A stretch of DNA of 64,000 nt from Desulfatiglandales bacterium (GTDB taxonomy: Bacteria; Desulfobacterota; DSM-4660; Desulfatiglandales; HGW-15): assembly GCA_963667015.2 (NCBI GenBank), contig CAXXJJ010000004.1:736001-800000 (forward strand), written 5' to 3'. Under the pieces are notes generated by a model. That model was not told where the DNA came from and made no database searches. It saw nothing but the letters and a program-made list of their open reading frames with translations. Made by a program: the position numbers and the translations under genes. How positions within the stretch are numbered: the first letter of the stretch is position 1; every line of letters begins with the position of its first letter. Below, one piece after another: positions 44,566 to 55,141 of the stretch.

Positions 44566-45093
44566 TCAGGCTTCTAGATCTTCTTCTTTTTTAACACTCT
44601 CGCTTTTCACTACGCTTTCTTCAAATTCACGAAAAAACTGGTCTTTCTCCTTCCAGTTTGGTCCAAAATATTTATTAAAATGTACATTCAACTTTTCAAA
44701 AAATGTCAACCAGCTCGGGATAAACTTGTTTTTAACAAGCTCTTCAAGGAAGAAACGAAGTTCCGGCAGGGTTTCTTTGGGAAGGAAAAACACGGCACCC
44801 AGTTGAATTGATTTTTTTAACGCATCGGGTGTAAGTGCGTGGGCAGTCAGCATGACAGTTGGAAATCCTTTTGAAACCGATAGTTTAAGCAGTTCAAAAC
44901 CGTTAACACCCATAATATCAAGAACAACTATGTCATATTTATATTTATTCAGATAATCACAGGCTGTTTCGTAATCTTCGGCCTTATGAAGTATGCACAT
45001 ATACAATTCATCTTCAATGGTCTCCAGAATATCCGGTTCATCGTCTACTATCAGAATCGCCAGGTCGTTTAAGATACTGTCATCAAGCAACAT
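44566..45093 (-). CDS. Response regulator receiver protein
   Basis: IVDDE, VLDIMG, MLTAH, FLPK. Confidence 0.88.
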   Translation of the reverse strand: MLLDDSILNDLAILIVDDEPDILETIEDELYMCILHKAEDYETACDYLNKYKYDIVVLDIMGVNGFELLKLSVSKGFPTVMLTAHALTPDALKKSIQLGAVFFLPKETLPELRFFLEELVKNKFIPSWLTFFEKLNVHFNKYFGPNWKEKDQFFREFEESVVKSESVKKEEDLEA

Positions 45094-45182
45094 GTAATAC
45101 TGACCTCCTATGTCGACATCCCCTGTTTAAATATACGGGACTAATCCAAACGCGAGATTCGATTTCAGGGTTTGAACAAATA

Positions 45183-45211
45183 AATTTTACGGTTGCCAGC
45201 CGTAAAATTTT
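45183..45211. terminator. Hairpin downstream of glgB
   Basis: aaattttacggttgccagccgtaaaattt. Confidence 0.55.
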
Positions 45212-45275
45212 GAGCTTTATTCTTATCCGATTTTATTAAAGGAATCAAGCCTGGTTTGTTGAATAATTGTGAATT

Positions 45276-47468
45276 TTACTCAGGTTTTAATATAAGCATT
45301 CCAAGAGGAGGAATTGTAAGGTTGAGTGAAAAAGGTCTCCCATGGCATTCTTTTGCTTCTGCAGAGATACCGCCTTTCAGTCCAGTATTTGATCCGCCGA
45401 AATTTTCTGAATCGGAATTAAGAATTTCTTTATAAAAACCTTCTGTCGGAGCCCCGATCCGGTATTTTTCTCTGAGGGCGGGAGTAAAATTAAACACAAA
45501 AATGAGAAGATCATCAGGTTTTCTGCCCCTGCGTATAAATGAAACAACAGAGGAGTCTGCGTCCCTGAAATCAATCCACTCAAACCCCTCGTATGAAAAA
45601 TCGATTTCATGCATGGCAGGTTCGGAATGATACAGCCGGTTGAGTTCTTTTAAATAATCTCTGATTTTTTGATGATTTTCATACTGCAGCAGGTTCCATT
45701 CAAGAGACTGATCGTGGTCCCATTCTCTCCATTGACCTAACTCGCACCCCATAAAAAGCATCTTTTTTCCGGGTTCTCCATACATATATCCAAAAAGAAG
45801 CCTCAGATTGGCAAATTTCTGCCAGTCATCTCCAGGCATTTTTGAAAGCAATGATGCCTTCCCGTGGACCACTTCATCATGAGAAAGGGGAAGTATAAAA
45901 TTTTCATTAAAGGCATATAAAAGGGCGAATGTAAGGTTGTCCATGTGATACCGCCTGTGGACAGGATCCTTTGACATGAAGGTAAGCATATCATGCATCC
46001 AGCCCATATTCCATTTAAACAAAAAGCCCAGGCCTCCCAGATGAACAGGAAGGGTAACTCCGGGCCATGCGGTAGATTCCTCTGCTATAGTTACCACGCC
46101 GGGATATTTTTCATAGATCTTTGTATTCAGGTTTTTAATAAACTCAATTGCATCAAGGTTTTCCCTGCCGCCGTATTTATTGGGTATCCATTCACCTTCC
46201 TCTCTCGAATAATCCAGATAGAGCATGGATGCAACAGCATCAACCCTGAAACCGTCAATATGATATTTATCCAGCCAGAAAAGGGCGTTTGCCACCAGAA
46301 AGTTTTTTACTTCGTTTCTTCCGTAATTAAATATAAGGGTATCCCAGTCCTTGTGCACTCCCTGCCTGGGGTCTTCATGCTCATAGAGGTGAGTCCCGTC
46401 AAAATACTCAAGGGCATAAGAATCTCTTGGAAAATGTGCAGGCACCCAGTCAAGAATAACGCCTATTCCCTCCTGGTGACATTTATCAACAAATGCCATA
46501 AATTCCTCTGGAGTGCCGAATCTTGATGTAACCGCATAATAACCGGTTACCTGATAACCCCATGATCCATCGAAAGGATGTTCTGAAACAGGAAGAAGTT
46601 CAATATAGTCATATCCCATATTTTTAACATAGGGGATCAACTCTTCTGCGGCCTCATTATATGTAAGCCAGCGGTTATCCTCTTCCTGCCTGCGCCGCCA
46701 TGAACCGAGATGGACTTCATATATGGCCATGGGGCTTTCAAGGGGATTGCCAGCCTCCCTGTCGGACATCCATTTTTCATCATTCCAGCTATATTTATCA
46801 AGGTCATGGACAACCGCTGCTGTCCTGGGCCTTTTTTCAAAACGGAATGCAAAGGGATCTGCCTTTGTAAGGATAACATCATCCTGCGTTCGTATCTCAT
46901 ATTTATACAGAAGATCCTGACCCAGATGAGGGACAAATAACTCCCATATACCAGAGGAGCCCCGGCTGCGCATCATATGCCTGCGCCCGTCCCACTGGTT
47001 GAAATCACCTATAACACTTACCCTTTTTGCGGAAGGTGCCCAGACGGCGAAAACCGTGCCGCGGATACCCTGATGTGTAATAACATGGGCCCCGAACTTT
47101 TCATAAATATTGTAATGATTGCCCTGGCCGTATAGATACATGTCATAATCACTCAGTATTGGCATAAAGGAATAGCTGTCATAAAAAGACGAGCTGTTTC
47201 CCCCTGCAAATTCAACATTCAGACGATAGGGATTAATCGGTGTACCCGGTGGAAAATTAACCTCAAAAAGGCCGGTTTTATCAACCTGTACCGGTTCTAC
47301 AGATTTACCATGGCCAAGTCCGGTAACAGATACAGACTTTGCGCCCGGTATAAAACCTCTCACAATCAGGTTATTCTTTTCCAGATGAGGACCAAGAATA
47401 CTGAAAGGGTCTGCAATATTACCGGCTGCGAGGTTTTTTATCTGTTCTGAGCTGAGAGTTGATGTCAA
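45276..47468 (-). CDS. glgB: 1,4-alpha-glucan branching enzyme
   Basis: YEVHLGSW, DWVPAHF, GFRVDAVASM, AEES, SHDEVV. Confidence 0.97.
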   Translation of the reverse strand: MTSTLSSEQIKNLAAGNIADPFSILGPHLEKNNLIVRGFIPGAKSVSVTGLGHGKSVEPVQVDKTGLFEVNFPPGTPINPYRLNVEFAGGNSSSFYDSYSFMPILSDYDMYLYGQGNHYNIYEKFGAHVITHQGIRGTVFAVWAPSAKRVSVIGDFNQWDGRRHMMRSRGSSGIWELFVPHLGQDLLYKYEIRTQDDVILTKADPFAFRFEKRPRTAAVVHDLDKYSWNDEKWMSDREAGNPLESPMAIYEVHLGSWRRRQEEDNRWLTYNEAAEELIPYVKNMGYDYIELLPVSEHPFDGSWGYQVTGYYAVTSRFGTPEEFMAFVDKCHQEGIGVILDWVPAHFPRDSYALEYFDGTHLYEHEDPRQGVHKDWDTLIFNYGRNEVKNFLVANALFWLDKYHIDGFRVDAVASMLYLDYSREEGEWIPNKYGGRENLDAIEFIKNLNTKIYEKYPGVVTIAEESTAWPGVTLPVHLGGLGFLFKWNMGWMHDMLTFMSKDPVHRRYHMDNLTFALLYAFNENFILPLSHDEVVHGKASLLSKMPGDDWQKFANLRLLFGYMYGEPGKKMLFMGCELGQWREWDHDQSLEWNLLQYENHQKIRDYLKELNRLYHSEPAMHEIDFSYEGFEWIDFRDADSSVVSFIRRGRKPDDLLIFVFNFTPALREKYRIGAPTEGFYKEILNSDSENFGGSNTGLKGGISAEAKECHGRPFSLNLTIPPLGMLILKPE

Positions 47469-47495
47469 TATGTATCCTTTTTATAAATCGTTTTC

Positions 47496-47521
47496 GGACA
47501 GACACTCAGGTCTGCCACTAC
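47496..47521 (-). repeat. GTAG-type REP-like palindrome
   Basis: Minus strand GTAGTGGCAGAC-ctgagt-GTCTGTCC. Confidence 0.5.
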
Positions 47522-47543
47522 AGTTTTTGATGTCTTAAGATTT

Positions 47544-47578
47544 CAACCTTAAACCTTTAACCTCAAACCGTAAACCTT
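47544..47578. repeat. Degenerate 7-bp tandem repeat (AAACCTT/AAACCGT x5)
   Basis: caacctt aaacctt taacctc aaaccgt aaacctt. Confidence 0.65.
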
Positions 47579-47583
47579 TCTTT

Positions 47584-50136
47584 TTACGCCCACGCAACAA
47601 GACCCATAACAAACGGATTTTCAAGTCTCTTTTTGCTGGCCATTACCCGTACCGTGTACCCGAACCGCCCAGTGCCGGAGCAATCAACATCTCCTTTAAA
47701 GATATGGACACCCTGATCAAGGCTCACGGGAAGAAGCTCCTTTGTCTCCCGTTCTTTAAACTCACCTTTGTGATCAAGCCTTCCGAAATATGCCTCCACC
47801 GTTACATCGTCCGGTGTTAATTCACCTAGAACAACCTTTGCGGTGACCTCAAGTTTGTCGCCAATGGGTATATCCCTGCCCTCATCCGATATGACCTCCA
47901 GCACGGACACACTGTTCCAGCCGGTCATTACCTTCTGTCTCCATGAGGCAAGAGATTTTGTTTCTGAAAAATCATTATCGCTAAGCCTGTTATATCTTGT
48001 GGAACAGGGAAGATAAAAACGATCTGTATATTCCTGTACCATTCGGTGGGAATTAAAGACAGGTACAAGATCGCGAAGACCGGCCTTCATTTTTTCTATC
48101 CAGCCCCTGGGAAGCTCATCATTTCCGCGCCTGTAAAAGAGTGGAACGACTTCCTTTTCAAGAAGGTTGTACAGATCGCGGCTTTCAATATCGTCCTGAG
48201 CCTGATGATCATTATACTCCTCCCCTTTTCCGATTGCCCACCCATAATCACTCTTATAACCTTCATCCCACCATCCGTCGAGCACGCTGAGATTTAAAGA
48301 TCCGTTTGCAAGGGCCTTCATGCCGCTTGTCCCGCAGGCTTCTAGGGGCCGCCTCGGGGTATTGAGCCAAATATCAGTTCCCGAAACCATAATATGGGCA
48401 ATATGTGAATTATAATCTTCAAGAAAAACAATGCGCCGTCTAAAACGTTCTTCACTGGCATAATGTGTTATTGTTTTTATAAACTCCTTACCTTCATTAT
48501 CCTGTGGATGGGCCTTACCTGCGATTATAATCTGAACAGGAAAATCCGGATTATTTAAAATTTTAGCAAGCCTGTCAGGATTTTTAAAAAGAAGAGTGGC
48601 GCGTTTATATGTTGCAAAACGCCGTGCAAAACCTATTGTCATTGCATCCGGTGTAAACACATCATTTACCCTCAGTATTTCAGCGGGAGTTGCCCCCCGT
48701 CTTCTCATCTGGTCCGCCAGCAGACGTCGTGAAAAGGCAACCAGGTGGTCTCTGCACCTTTCATGATAACGCCATATTTCTGTATTCGGAATCTGCTCTA
48801 TCTGCCTCCATACCCTCTCGTTATCGGGGTCTTCAGCCCAGTCCGGCCCCAGGTACCTGTCAAAGAGGGACGACTTTTCACTGGCGATCCAAGTCGGCAC
48901 ATGGATTCCGTTTGTCACATAATCTATAGGGATATCTTCTTCAGGATGACGCGGCCATACCCTCTGCCACATGGAGCGTGACACCCTTCCATGGAGTCGG
49001 CTAACACCGTTTGCGTGTGAAGAAAGCCTTAACGCAAGGGGACTCATTCCGAATTTTTCATCCTCATTTCGAGGATCAATTTTGCCGTACCCCAGAAGAA
49101 CCCTGAAATTAATACCCAGTTCCTTGGCATACTCCTCGAAATAGCTCCTGACAAGGGCAGTATCAAATGCATCATTACCTGCCGGAACAGGGGTATGAGT
49201 TGTAAAAACAGTTGTAGCTATTACCAGTTCCCTTGCCTCATCAAAGGTAAGTCCCTTTTCCTTCCTGAACAGATTTATTCTTTCGAGCGCTGAAAAGGCC
49301 GAATGGCCTTCATTCATGTGTATTACAGTGGGATCTATGCCCAGGGCCTTTAGTGCCCTTATACCGCCTATTCCAAGGACTATTTCCTGCCTGATCCTCA
49401 TTTCCCAGTCACCGCCATAGAGCTGTGCAGTTGTTCGGCGAACTTCAGGCGAATTACTCGGCAGGTTGGTATCAAGAAGATAAAGAGGTACACGGCCGAC
49501 ATCCACACGCCATACAAGAATGTTTACCTTCTCTCCTTTAAAATCCACTGAAACCTGTACCGGCTTTCCATCGCCGTCTCTTATAAGTTTTACGGGCATG
49601 TTATTAAAGTCATTAACCGGGTAAGTCTCCATCTGCCACCCGTCACTACTCAGGTACTGGCTGAAATAACCTTCCTGATACAAAAGGCCTACACCGACTA
49701 GCGGAATATTAAGATCGCTGGCTGACTTAAGGTGGTCACCGGCAAGTATTCCAAGACCTCCCGAATATATGGGGAGGCATCCGGCAAGACCAAATTCTGC
49801 TGAAAAATAAGCGACCCTGAATTCTTTTTCAGGAGAGTAGTCCCCGGCCTTTATCCTGGGGCGGGAAAGATATCTGTCAAAATCCTGAGATATCCTCTCA
49901 AGTTGAGCCGTAAAGCCCTGGTCCCTGGATAATTCCTCAAGTCTGTCCTGACTGACAAGCCCGAGCATAAGAATAGGATTATGTTTACAGTCTGTCCAGA
50001 GCCCCGGATCAATCCTTTGGAAGAGGTCTCTGATTTCTCCCCGCCAGCTGAAACGAATGTTGTAGGCGAGTTTTCGCAATGCTTCAAGGGCTTCGGGTAT
50101 ATTGGGAACAACATTATACTTTTTTTTGGGTTTCAT
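47584..50136 (-). CDS. glgP: Alpha-glucan (glycogen) phosphorylase
   Basis: YSGGLGILAGD, HMNEGH, RRFATYKR, EACGTSGMK. Confidence 0.96.
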   Translation of the reverse strand: MKPKKKYNVVPNIPEALEALRKLAYNIRFSWRGEIRDLFQRIDPGLWTDCKHNPILMLGLVSQDRLEELSRDQGFTAQLERISQDFDRYLSRPRIKAGDYSPEKEFRVAYFSAEFGLAGCLPIYSGGLGILAGDHLKSASDLNIPLVGVGLLYQEGYFSQYLSSDGWQMETYPVNDFNNMPVKLIRDGDGKPVQVSVDFKGEKVNILVWRVDVGRVPLYLLDTNLPSNSPEVRRTTAQLYGGDWEMRIRQEIVLGIGGIRALKALGIDPTVIHMNEGHSAFSALERINLFRKEKGLTFDEARELVIATTVFTTHTPVPAGNDAFDTALVRSYFEEYAKELGINFRVLLGYGKIDPRNEDEKFGMSPLALRLSSHANGVSRLHGRVSRSMWQRVWPRHPEEDIPIDYVTNGIHVPTWIASEKSSLFDRYLGPDWAEDPDNERVWRQIEQIPNTEIWRYHERCRDHLVAFSRRLLADQMRRRGATPAEILRVNDVFTPDAMTIGFARRFATYKRATLLFKNPDRLAKILNNPDFPVQIIIAGKAHPQDNEGKEFIKTITHYASEERFRRRIVFLEDYNSHIAHIMVSGTDIWLNTPRRPLEACGTSGMKALANGSLNLSVLDGWWDEGYKSDYGWAIGKGEEYNDHQAQDDIESRDLYNLLEKEVVPLFYRRGNDELPRGWIEKMKAGLRDLVPVFNSHRMVQEYTDRFYLPCSTRYNRLSDNDFSETKSLASWRQKVMTGWNSVSVLEVISDEGRDIPIGDKLEVTAKVVLGELTPDDVTVEAYFGRLDHKGEFKERETKELLPVSLDQGVHIFKGDVDCSGTGRFGYTVRVMASKKRLENPFVMGLVAWA

Positions 50137-50165
50137 GGCATTGCCTCACAATAAAGGAGTTTATT

Positions 50166-51440
50166 TTAATTAACAAGATCATCCTGTGTTACAACTGTAA
50201 TACCCCGAGAGGTTACTGTAAAACGTTCCCTGTCCTTCATCGGATCAAATCCTATTTCCATATGATGGGGGATTCTGACTCCCTCGCTTATTATGGCCTT
50301 TTTTATCTTGGCATACCTGCCTATTACAACATTTTCCATTACCACCGACTCCTCGACGCTCGCCCAGCTCTGGACCAATACATTGTATGAGAGTACGCTG
50401 TTCCGGACTGTTCCTCCGCTGAGTATTGAACCATGGGCAACAAGAGAATCAAGAGACATACCCATCCTCGGATTACCACCGTTACTCTGTGAAAAGACCG
50501 ATTTAACCGGAGGAAACTGCCTCTGGTTGGTACGTAAGGGCCACATTCTGCCGTACATGTTAAAATAGGGGTCGACCCCGGTAAGGTCCATATTTGCATT
50601 CCAGTAGGCATCGAGGGTACCGACATCTCGCCAATAACCTGAATCCCGGGCCCTTTCCTCAAAAATCTCGCTCCTGTTTCCTTCCTCATCAGTGGTGAGT
50701 ATCCTGTCGGCGATACGGTTCTGTTTTTTGTATGGATAGGCCATAACCTTCATTTTATCCAGGATATCAGGGAGAATATCATGTCCAAAATCTGGCCGTT
50801 CATCCTGCTTCAGGATATCGAGCAGCACTTTTGCCTTAAAAATGTATATACCCATTGAGGCAAGTATTCTTGAACTGTCGTTTGGAATAGTGGTGGGATT
50901 TTTGGGTTTTTCCTGAAAACCGGTAACCCTGTACATATCATCCACTTCAAGTACACCGTATTCCCTGGACAGTTCCTTTCTTGCCTCGATGACAGATACG
51001 GTTACATCGGCATTATTGGCATCATGGTATTCCCTGAAAAGGGTATAGTCCATCTTGCATACGTGATCACCGGAAAGGATCAGGATGTGATCAGGATTCT
51101 CCTGCTCAATGAGATGTATGTTCTGACGTATGGAGTCTGCGGTTCCCTGGTACCACTTTTCGCCAGCCATCATCTGTGGAGGAGCTATCTTTAGATAATG
51201 CCCAAGGTCATGACTGAAGATATTCCATCCCTGTTCAAGGTGCTGCATAAGAGTCTGGGACTTATACTGGGGGAGTACGATAATCTTATATATTCCTGAA
51301 TTAATACAATTGGAAAGGGTCAGGTCAATAAGCTGGTATATCCCGCCAAAGGGAATAGCAGGTTTTGACCTGTTTTTTGTTAACGGCATCAGGCGTTCAC
51401 CTTTGCCGCCTGCCATGATTACTGCAAGAGATTTTTTCAT
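50166..51440 (-). CDS. glgC: Glucose-1-phosphate adenylyltransferase
   Basis: MAGGKGERLMPLT, KPAIPFGG, YQGTAD, FQEKP, YWRDVGT. Confidence 0.95.
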   Translation of the reverse strand: MKKSLAVIMAGGKGERLMPLTKNRSKPAIPFGGIYQLIDLTLSNCINSGIYKIIVLPQYKSQTLMQHLEQGWNIFSHDLGHYLKIAPPQMMAGEKWYQGTADSIRQNIHLIEQENPDHILILSGDHVCKMDYTLFREYHDANNADVTVSVIEARKELSREYGVLEVDDMYRVTGFQEKPKNPTTIPNDSSRILASMGIYIFKAKVLLDILKQDERPDFGHDILPDILDKMKVMAYPYKKQNRIADRILTTDEEGNRSEIFEERARDSGYWRDVGTLDAYWNANMDLTGVDPYFNMYGRMWPLRTNQRQFPPVKSVFSQSNGGNPRMGMSLDSLVAHGSILSGGTVRNSVLSYNVLVQSWASVEESVVMENVVIGRYAKIKKAIISEGVRIPHHMEIGFDPMKDRERFTVTSRGITVVTQDDLVN

Positions 51441-51904
51441 TTTCAAACGCCCCGGTTTTTGTTCAAGAAAAAGATACAGTGTGATGGGAATATCAGAAAG
51501 CCTGGTTATATCTGATATTGATTTACCGGTCACCAGTTCTTCAACAATAAACGATAACTTAATTTTCTTCGGTTGTAATATATCTTCAGGCTATTGAACA
51601 CCTGAACTGGAATGTAAATATTTATAACCCTCTTATCGGTGTATTCTCAATTTTCTAAAGTTTTAATTATAGTTTTCATAAAGATAACACGTCAATTAAA
51701 AATGTATTTATTATTTTATTTACGGACTGGAATTGGGCATTGAATGATGGATATCGAGTGCCGGATGTTCAATCTTTTCGTTTTACAGATCATATTTTAT
51801 AATCAATCATATAGATTTAACTTGAAAGAACAATAAAATATTCCTATTCTAATAAATTGAAAATCAGGTATATAAGACTGTAACCAACTCAGGAGATTAG
51901 AACA

Positions 51905-53005
51905 ATGTTAAAAATAGGCTTTATCGGTTGGCGAGGCATGGTTGGCTCCGTGCTTATGGAAAGAATGATTCAGGAAAAAGATTTTCATGATTATGAAGCG
52001 ATCTTTTTTACAACATCCAATGTGGGCGGAGAAGGCCCTGATGTAGGGATGGATATTCCTGAATTAAAGGATGCCTATGATCTTGATCTTCTCTCATCAC
52101 TCGATATAGCAGTTACCTGCCAGGGAGGAGACTATACCAAAAAGGTATATCCTGAACTAAGGTCAAAAGGTTGGAACGGATACTGGATTGATGCGGCCTC
52201 TGCCCTGAGGATGGAAGATGACAGCATTATAGTTCTTGATCCTGTAAACCGTGATGTAATAGATAATGGGCTTTCATCCGGTATCAAATCATATATAGGC
52301 GGCAACTGCACGGTAAGCCTCATGCTGATGGGCGTTGGAGGGCTTTTTGCCAATGACATGGTGGAATGGATTTCTAGCATGACATACCAGGCAGCATCAG
52401 GGGCCGGTGCAAACAACATGAAAGAGCTTGTAGCCCAGATGGCTGCCATTGGTGCACTTCATGATCCTGCCAAATCAGCTATTGAACTGGACAGACATAT
52501 CATTAATGAAATGAGGGGAGAAGCCCATCCAACAGGATATTTTGGAGCGCCCCTGGCAGGAAGCCTCATACCATGGATAGATGCGGCAATGGAATCCGGC
52601 CAGACCAAAGAAGAATGGAAAGGCTATGCAGAAACGAACAAGATTCTCGGGACCAGAGAACCAATCCCTGTCGATGGTTTATGTGTAAGGATAGGTGCAA
52701 TGCGCTGCCACAGCCAGGGGTTTACAATAAAACTTAAAAAGGATGCGCCGCTTGATGAGCTGACAGACATGATCGCCCATTCAAATGACTGGGCAAAAGT
52801 TGTCCCTAACGACAAGGCGTCAACCCTGGCGCTCCTGTCACCTGCAGCAGTCAGCGGCACACTTACAGTGCCGGTTGGCAGGATCAGAAAAATGAAAATG
52901 GGACCTGACTACCTGGCAGCCTTTAGTGTGGGTGACCAGCTTCTGTGGGGTGCAGCAGAGCCAATTAGAAGAATATTGAATATTGTTATTGAACATCTGA
53001 GTTAG
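51905..53005 (+). CDS. asd: Aspartate-semialdehyde dehydrogenase
   Basis: [38 protein letters not shown]. Confidence 0.97.
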   Translation: MLKIGFIGWRGMVGSVLMERMIQEKDFHDYEAIFFTTSNVGGEGPDVGMDIPELKDAYDLDLLSSLDIAVTCQGGDYTKKVYPELRSKGWNGYWIDAASALRMEDDSIIVLDPVNRDVIDNGLSSGIKSYIGGNCTVSLMLMGVGGLFANDMVEWISSMTYQAASGAGANNMKELVAQMAAIGALHDPAKSAIELDRHIINEMRGEAHPTGYFGAPLAGSLIPWIDAAMESGQTKEEWKGYAETNKILGTREPIPVDGLCVRIGAMRCHSQGFTIKLKKDAPLDELTDMIAHSNDWAKVVPNDKASTLALLSPAAVSGTLTVPVGRIRKMKMGPDYLAAFSVGDQLLWGAAEPIRRILNIVIEHLS

Positions 53006-53182
53006 GATTTACATGCAGGATATTAGTCATCTCTCTGCAAATTGAAATGAAATTATTTTATATAATTGATATATTTTTCATAGATCAATATTGATAAAGC
53101 AAATGTATTGTGTTATGCAATACGCCTCTTATCTCACGAAAATTTTCAGCTTTCTAACTGAAATGCTGATTGACTGGACCAT

Positions 53183-53280
53183 GGAAGTGGAAAGCTCACT
53201 GGTGGGGCTCCCGGACTTCAAATCCGGTGCAACGGGCTAAAACCTCGTTGGGTGGGTTCGATTCCCATGCACTTCCGCCA
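53183..53280 (+). tRNA. selC: tRNA-Sec (anticodon TCA)
   Basis: GGAAGTG/CACTTCC acceptor, CCGGA-CTTCAAA-TCCGG anticodon arm, long variable arm, TTCGATT T-loop, G-CCA end. Confidence 0.95.
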
Positions 53281-53411
53281 TAATAATATCAATAAGTTAC
53301 GCTCTTTTCTCACTAGAATATATTCTTTTATAAAAACTTTTTGACGATCAAAAACCGTCAAAAAGTGTCAATTTTAGTGCAAAATCCATTGCAATTTCAT
53401 TGCAAAACATA

Positions 53412-54425
53412 TCACTTTGATTTTGGTAACGGGATAGGTCCGTAATTGACTTTTTCGCTGGCCTCTCTCAGGTGATCCGGAGCCAGCTTGGTGTATATCT
53501 GGGTGGACGCCATGGATTTATGACGCATTAATTTCTGGATAGTTGCTTCCCGTTCACCCTCCAGGGCCAGGTGCGCACCAAAGGTATGCCGTAGATCATG
53601 AAAGCGCCCCTGTGGGTAGCCTGCTGCCCTGGCTGCCTTCTTAAACTTCTTTGATATCGTCTGACGGGCTTCAAACCTGAAAACCTTATCCCCTCCCCTT
53701 TCAATGCATCTATCCAGTACTGCCCTGCCCCCCTTATTTATGGGGATACGCGCCTCTGTTTTATTCTTTTGCTCAGACGTTATCCTGAGATATCCCTCCG
53801 GGTTGTCTATATCCTCAAACCGCAGCCTTACCAACTCGCTGTTTCTGAGACCTTCATAGGCAGCCAGCAAACAGAGGTCAACAAACTCCAGGTCGTCAAT
53901 TTTTGCGATTATTTTAACCAGATCTTTCGATGTAAAGTAACGTAGTTTTTCCTCTTCCTGCAGGCGGGAAGGCCATTTAAAAGGCTCGGGCATCTTATAC
54001 CATTCAAAAAACTTTTTAAGAGCTGCTTTTACATGCCGGTAGTTTTTGTTTACTGTGGGTATTGCCAGGCCCGCTTTGACCATATCCGTGGTAAGCCGGT
54101 CAATATGCCTCGGTGTTAAATCTGTCAGGATGATATTTCCCCATGATTCCTTGGCCTTTTTCAGGGCTGTCTCATAACATTCAAACGTACCGGATGAGGA
54201 CCTAACTTCGATATATTCCAAAAATTCATCAATAAAAGGGTCAAGTTTTTTAGATATACCTTTCCGGATAGGTTTGACTTTCCCGGCCCGCAAGTCGTTT
54301 TTCAAGAGCTGCAGGCGGCGTTTTGCCTGTGTTTCATCCTTGGTTTTAAGTGATTTCTGGCGGGTGTTGCCGTTTTCAGGCCATACAGCATACCAGATAC
54401 CATTATCTCGTTGCCATAGTTTCAT
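53412..54425 (-). CDS. Tyrosine recombinase (phage integrase)
   Basis: GLRNSEL (R), QKNK (K), FHDLRH (HxxR), LMRH, TQIY (Y); an upstream ATG at 54476 is also possible. Confidence 0.93.
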   Translation of the reverse strand: MKLWQRDNGIWYAVWPENGNTRQKSLKTKDETQAKRRLQLLKNDLRAGKVKPIRKGISKKLDPFIDEFLEYIEVRSSSGTFECYETALKKAKESWGNIILTDLTPRHIDRLTTDMVKAGLAIPTVNKNYRHVKAALKKFFEWYKMPEPFKWPSRLQEEEKLRYFTSKDLVKIIAKIDDLEFVDLCLLAAYEGLRNSELVRLRFEDIDNPEGYLRITSEQKNKTEARIPINKGGRAVLDRCIERGGDKVFRFEARQTISKKFKKAARAAGYPQGRFHDLRHTFGAHLALEGEREATIQKLMRHKSMASTQIYTKLAPDHLREASEKVNYGPIPLPKSK

Positions 54426-54456
54426 GCAAGAGACATACGAGAATTGCTTTATTTTG

Positions 54457-54708
54457 TCAATATTTGTCGGATTCAAAATAGGAGTCTATCGATTCACGGT
54501 CAACTTTCCATTGACCGGCCTTTTTAGCATATATCAGACCTTCGGCTATCCATTTTTTGATGGTATTAACAGAGCTGACTTTAGCGTACTGCATTGCCTC
54601 TTCAAGTGTCAGCCATCTGCCCTGCACCTGATCGACTGCCAGGATAGATTTAACCTGCTTTGCTATTAGATCCGCCAGAGCTTCGAGTTCTGAGTGTGTT
54701 ACTTCCAT
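54457..54708 (-). CDS. Excisionase-like HTH protein
   Basis: WLTLEEAMQYAKVSSVNTIKKWIAEGLIYAKKAGQWKVDRESID; directly upstream of the integrase. Confidence 0.8.
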   Translation of the reverse strand: MEVTHSELEALADLIAKQVKSILAVDQVQGRWLTLEEAMQYAKVSSVNTIKKWIAEGLIYAKKAGQWKVDRESIDSYFESDKY

Positions 54709-55064
54709 TATAAATACTCAAACGCCATACGGTTAACTGGTTCACCCGGTCTGCAGCGGTTGGCATCGCAGAACATTTCTACAAACTCATCCGGAGTAAG
54801 GTTCGGAAACCCCTCCAGCCTGCACTCTTCGTATCCATAAAGAGGATTCAGTACCATGAGGTTTAAAGGCTCCCACCTGGAGGATACAATTACATGCTGC
54901 CCCAGGATAACCATTTTTTCACCCGCCTTTAATCCCTGAGCCTTTTCCACTCCGTTGAATATGTCGCCGGGTTTAGCAAAACCCCAGCCCAGGCGGCGGG
55001 TGACAAACTTGGTTTTGTTTTTATATTGCTCAACAGTGAGCCAAAAACTCATATTACGAGGCAT
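54708..55064 (-). CDS. ASCH-domain protein
   Basis: MSF...KTKFVTRRLGW...KPGD...EGFP...FVEMF pattern. Confidence 0.7.
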   Translation of the reverse strand: MPRNMSFWLTVEQYKNKTKFVTRRLGWGFAKPGDIFNGVEKAQGLKAGEKMVILGQHVIVSSRWEPLNLMVLNPLYGYEECRLEGFPNLTPDEFVEMFCDANRCRPGEPVNRMAFEYL

Positions 55065-55141
55065 TTGCGGGTAGTTTCCTATGGATTAACGTTAGATCGT
55101 CGATTGTGGGGTAAATTTAGAAGTCTTTTTTCTGTGATATT

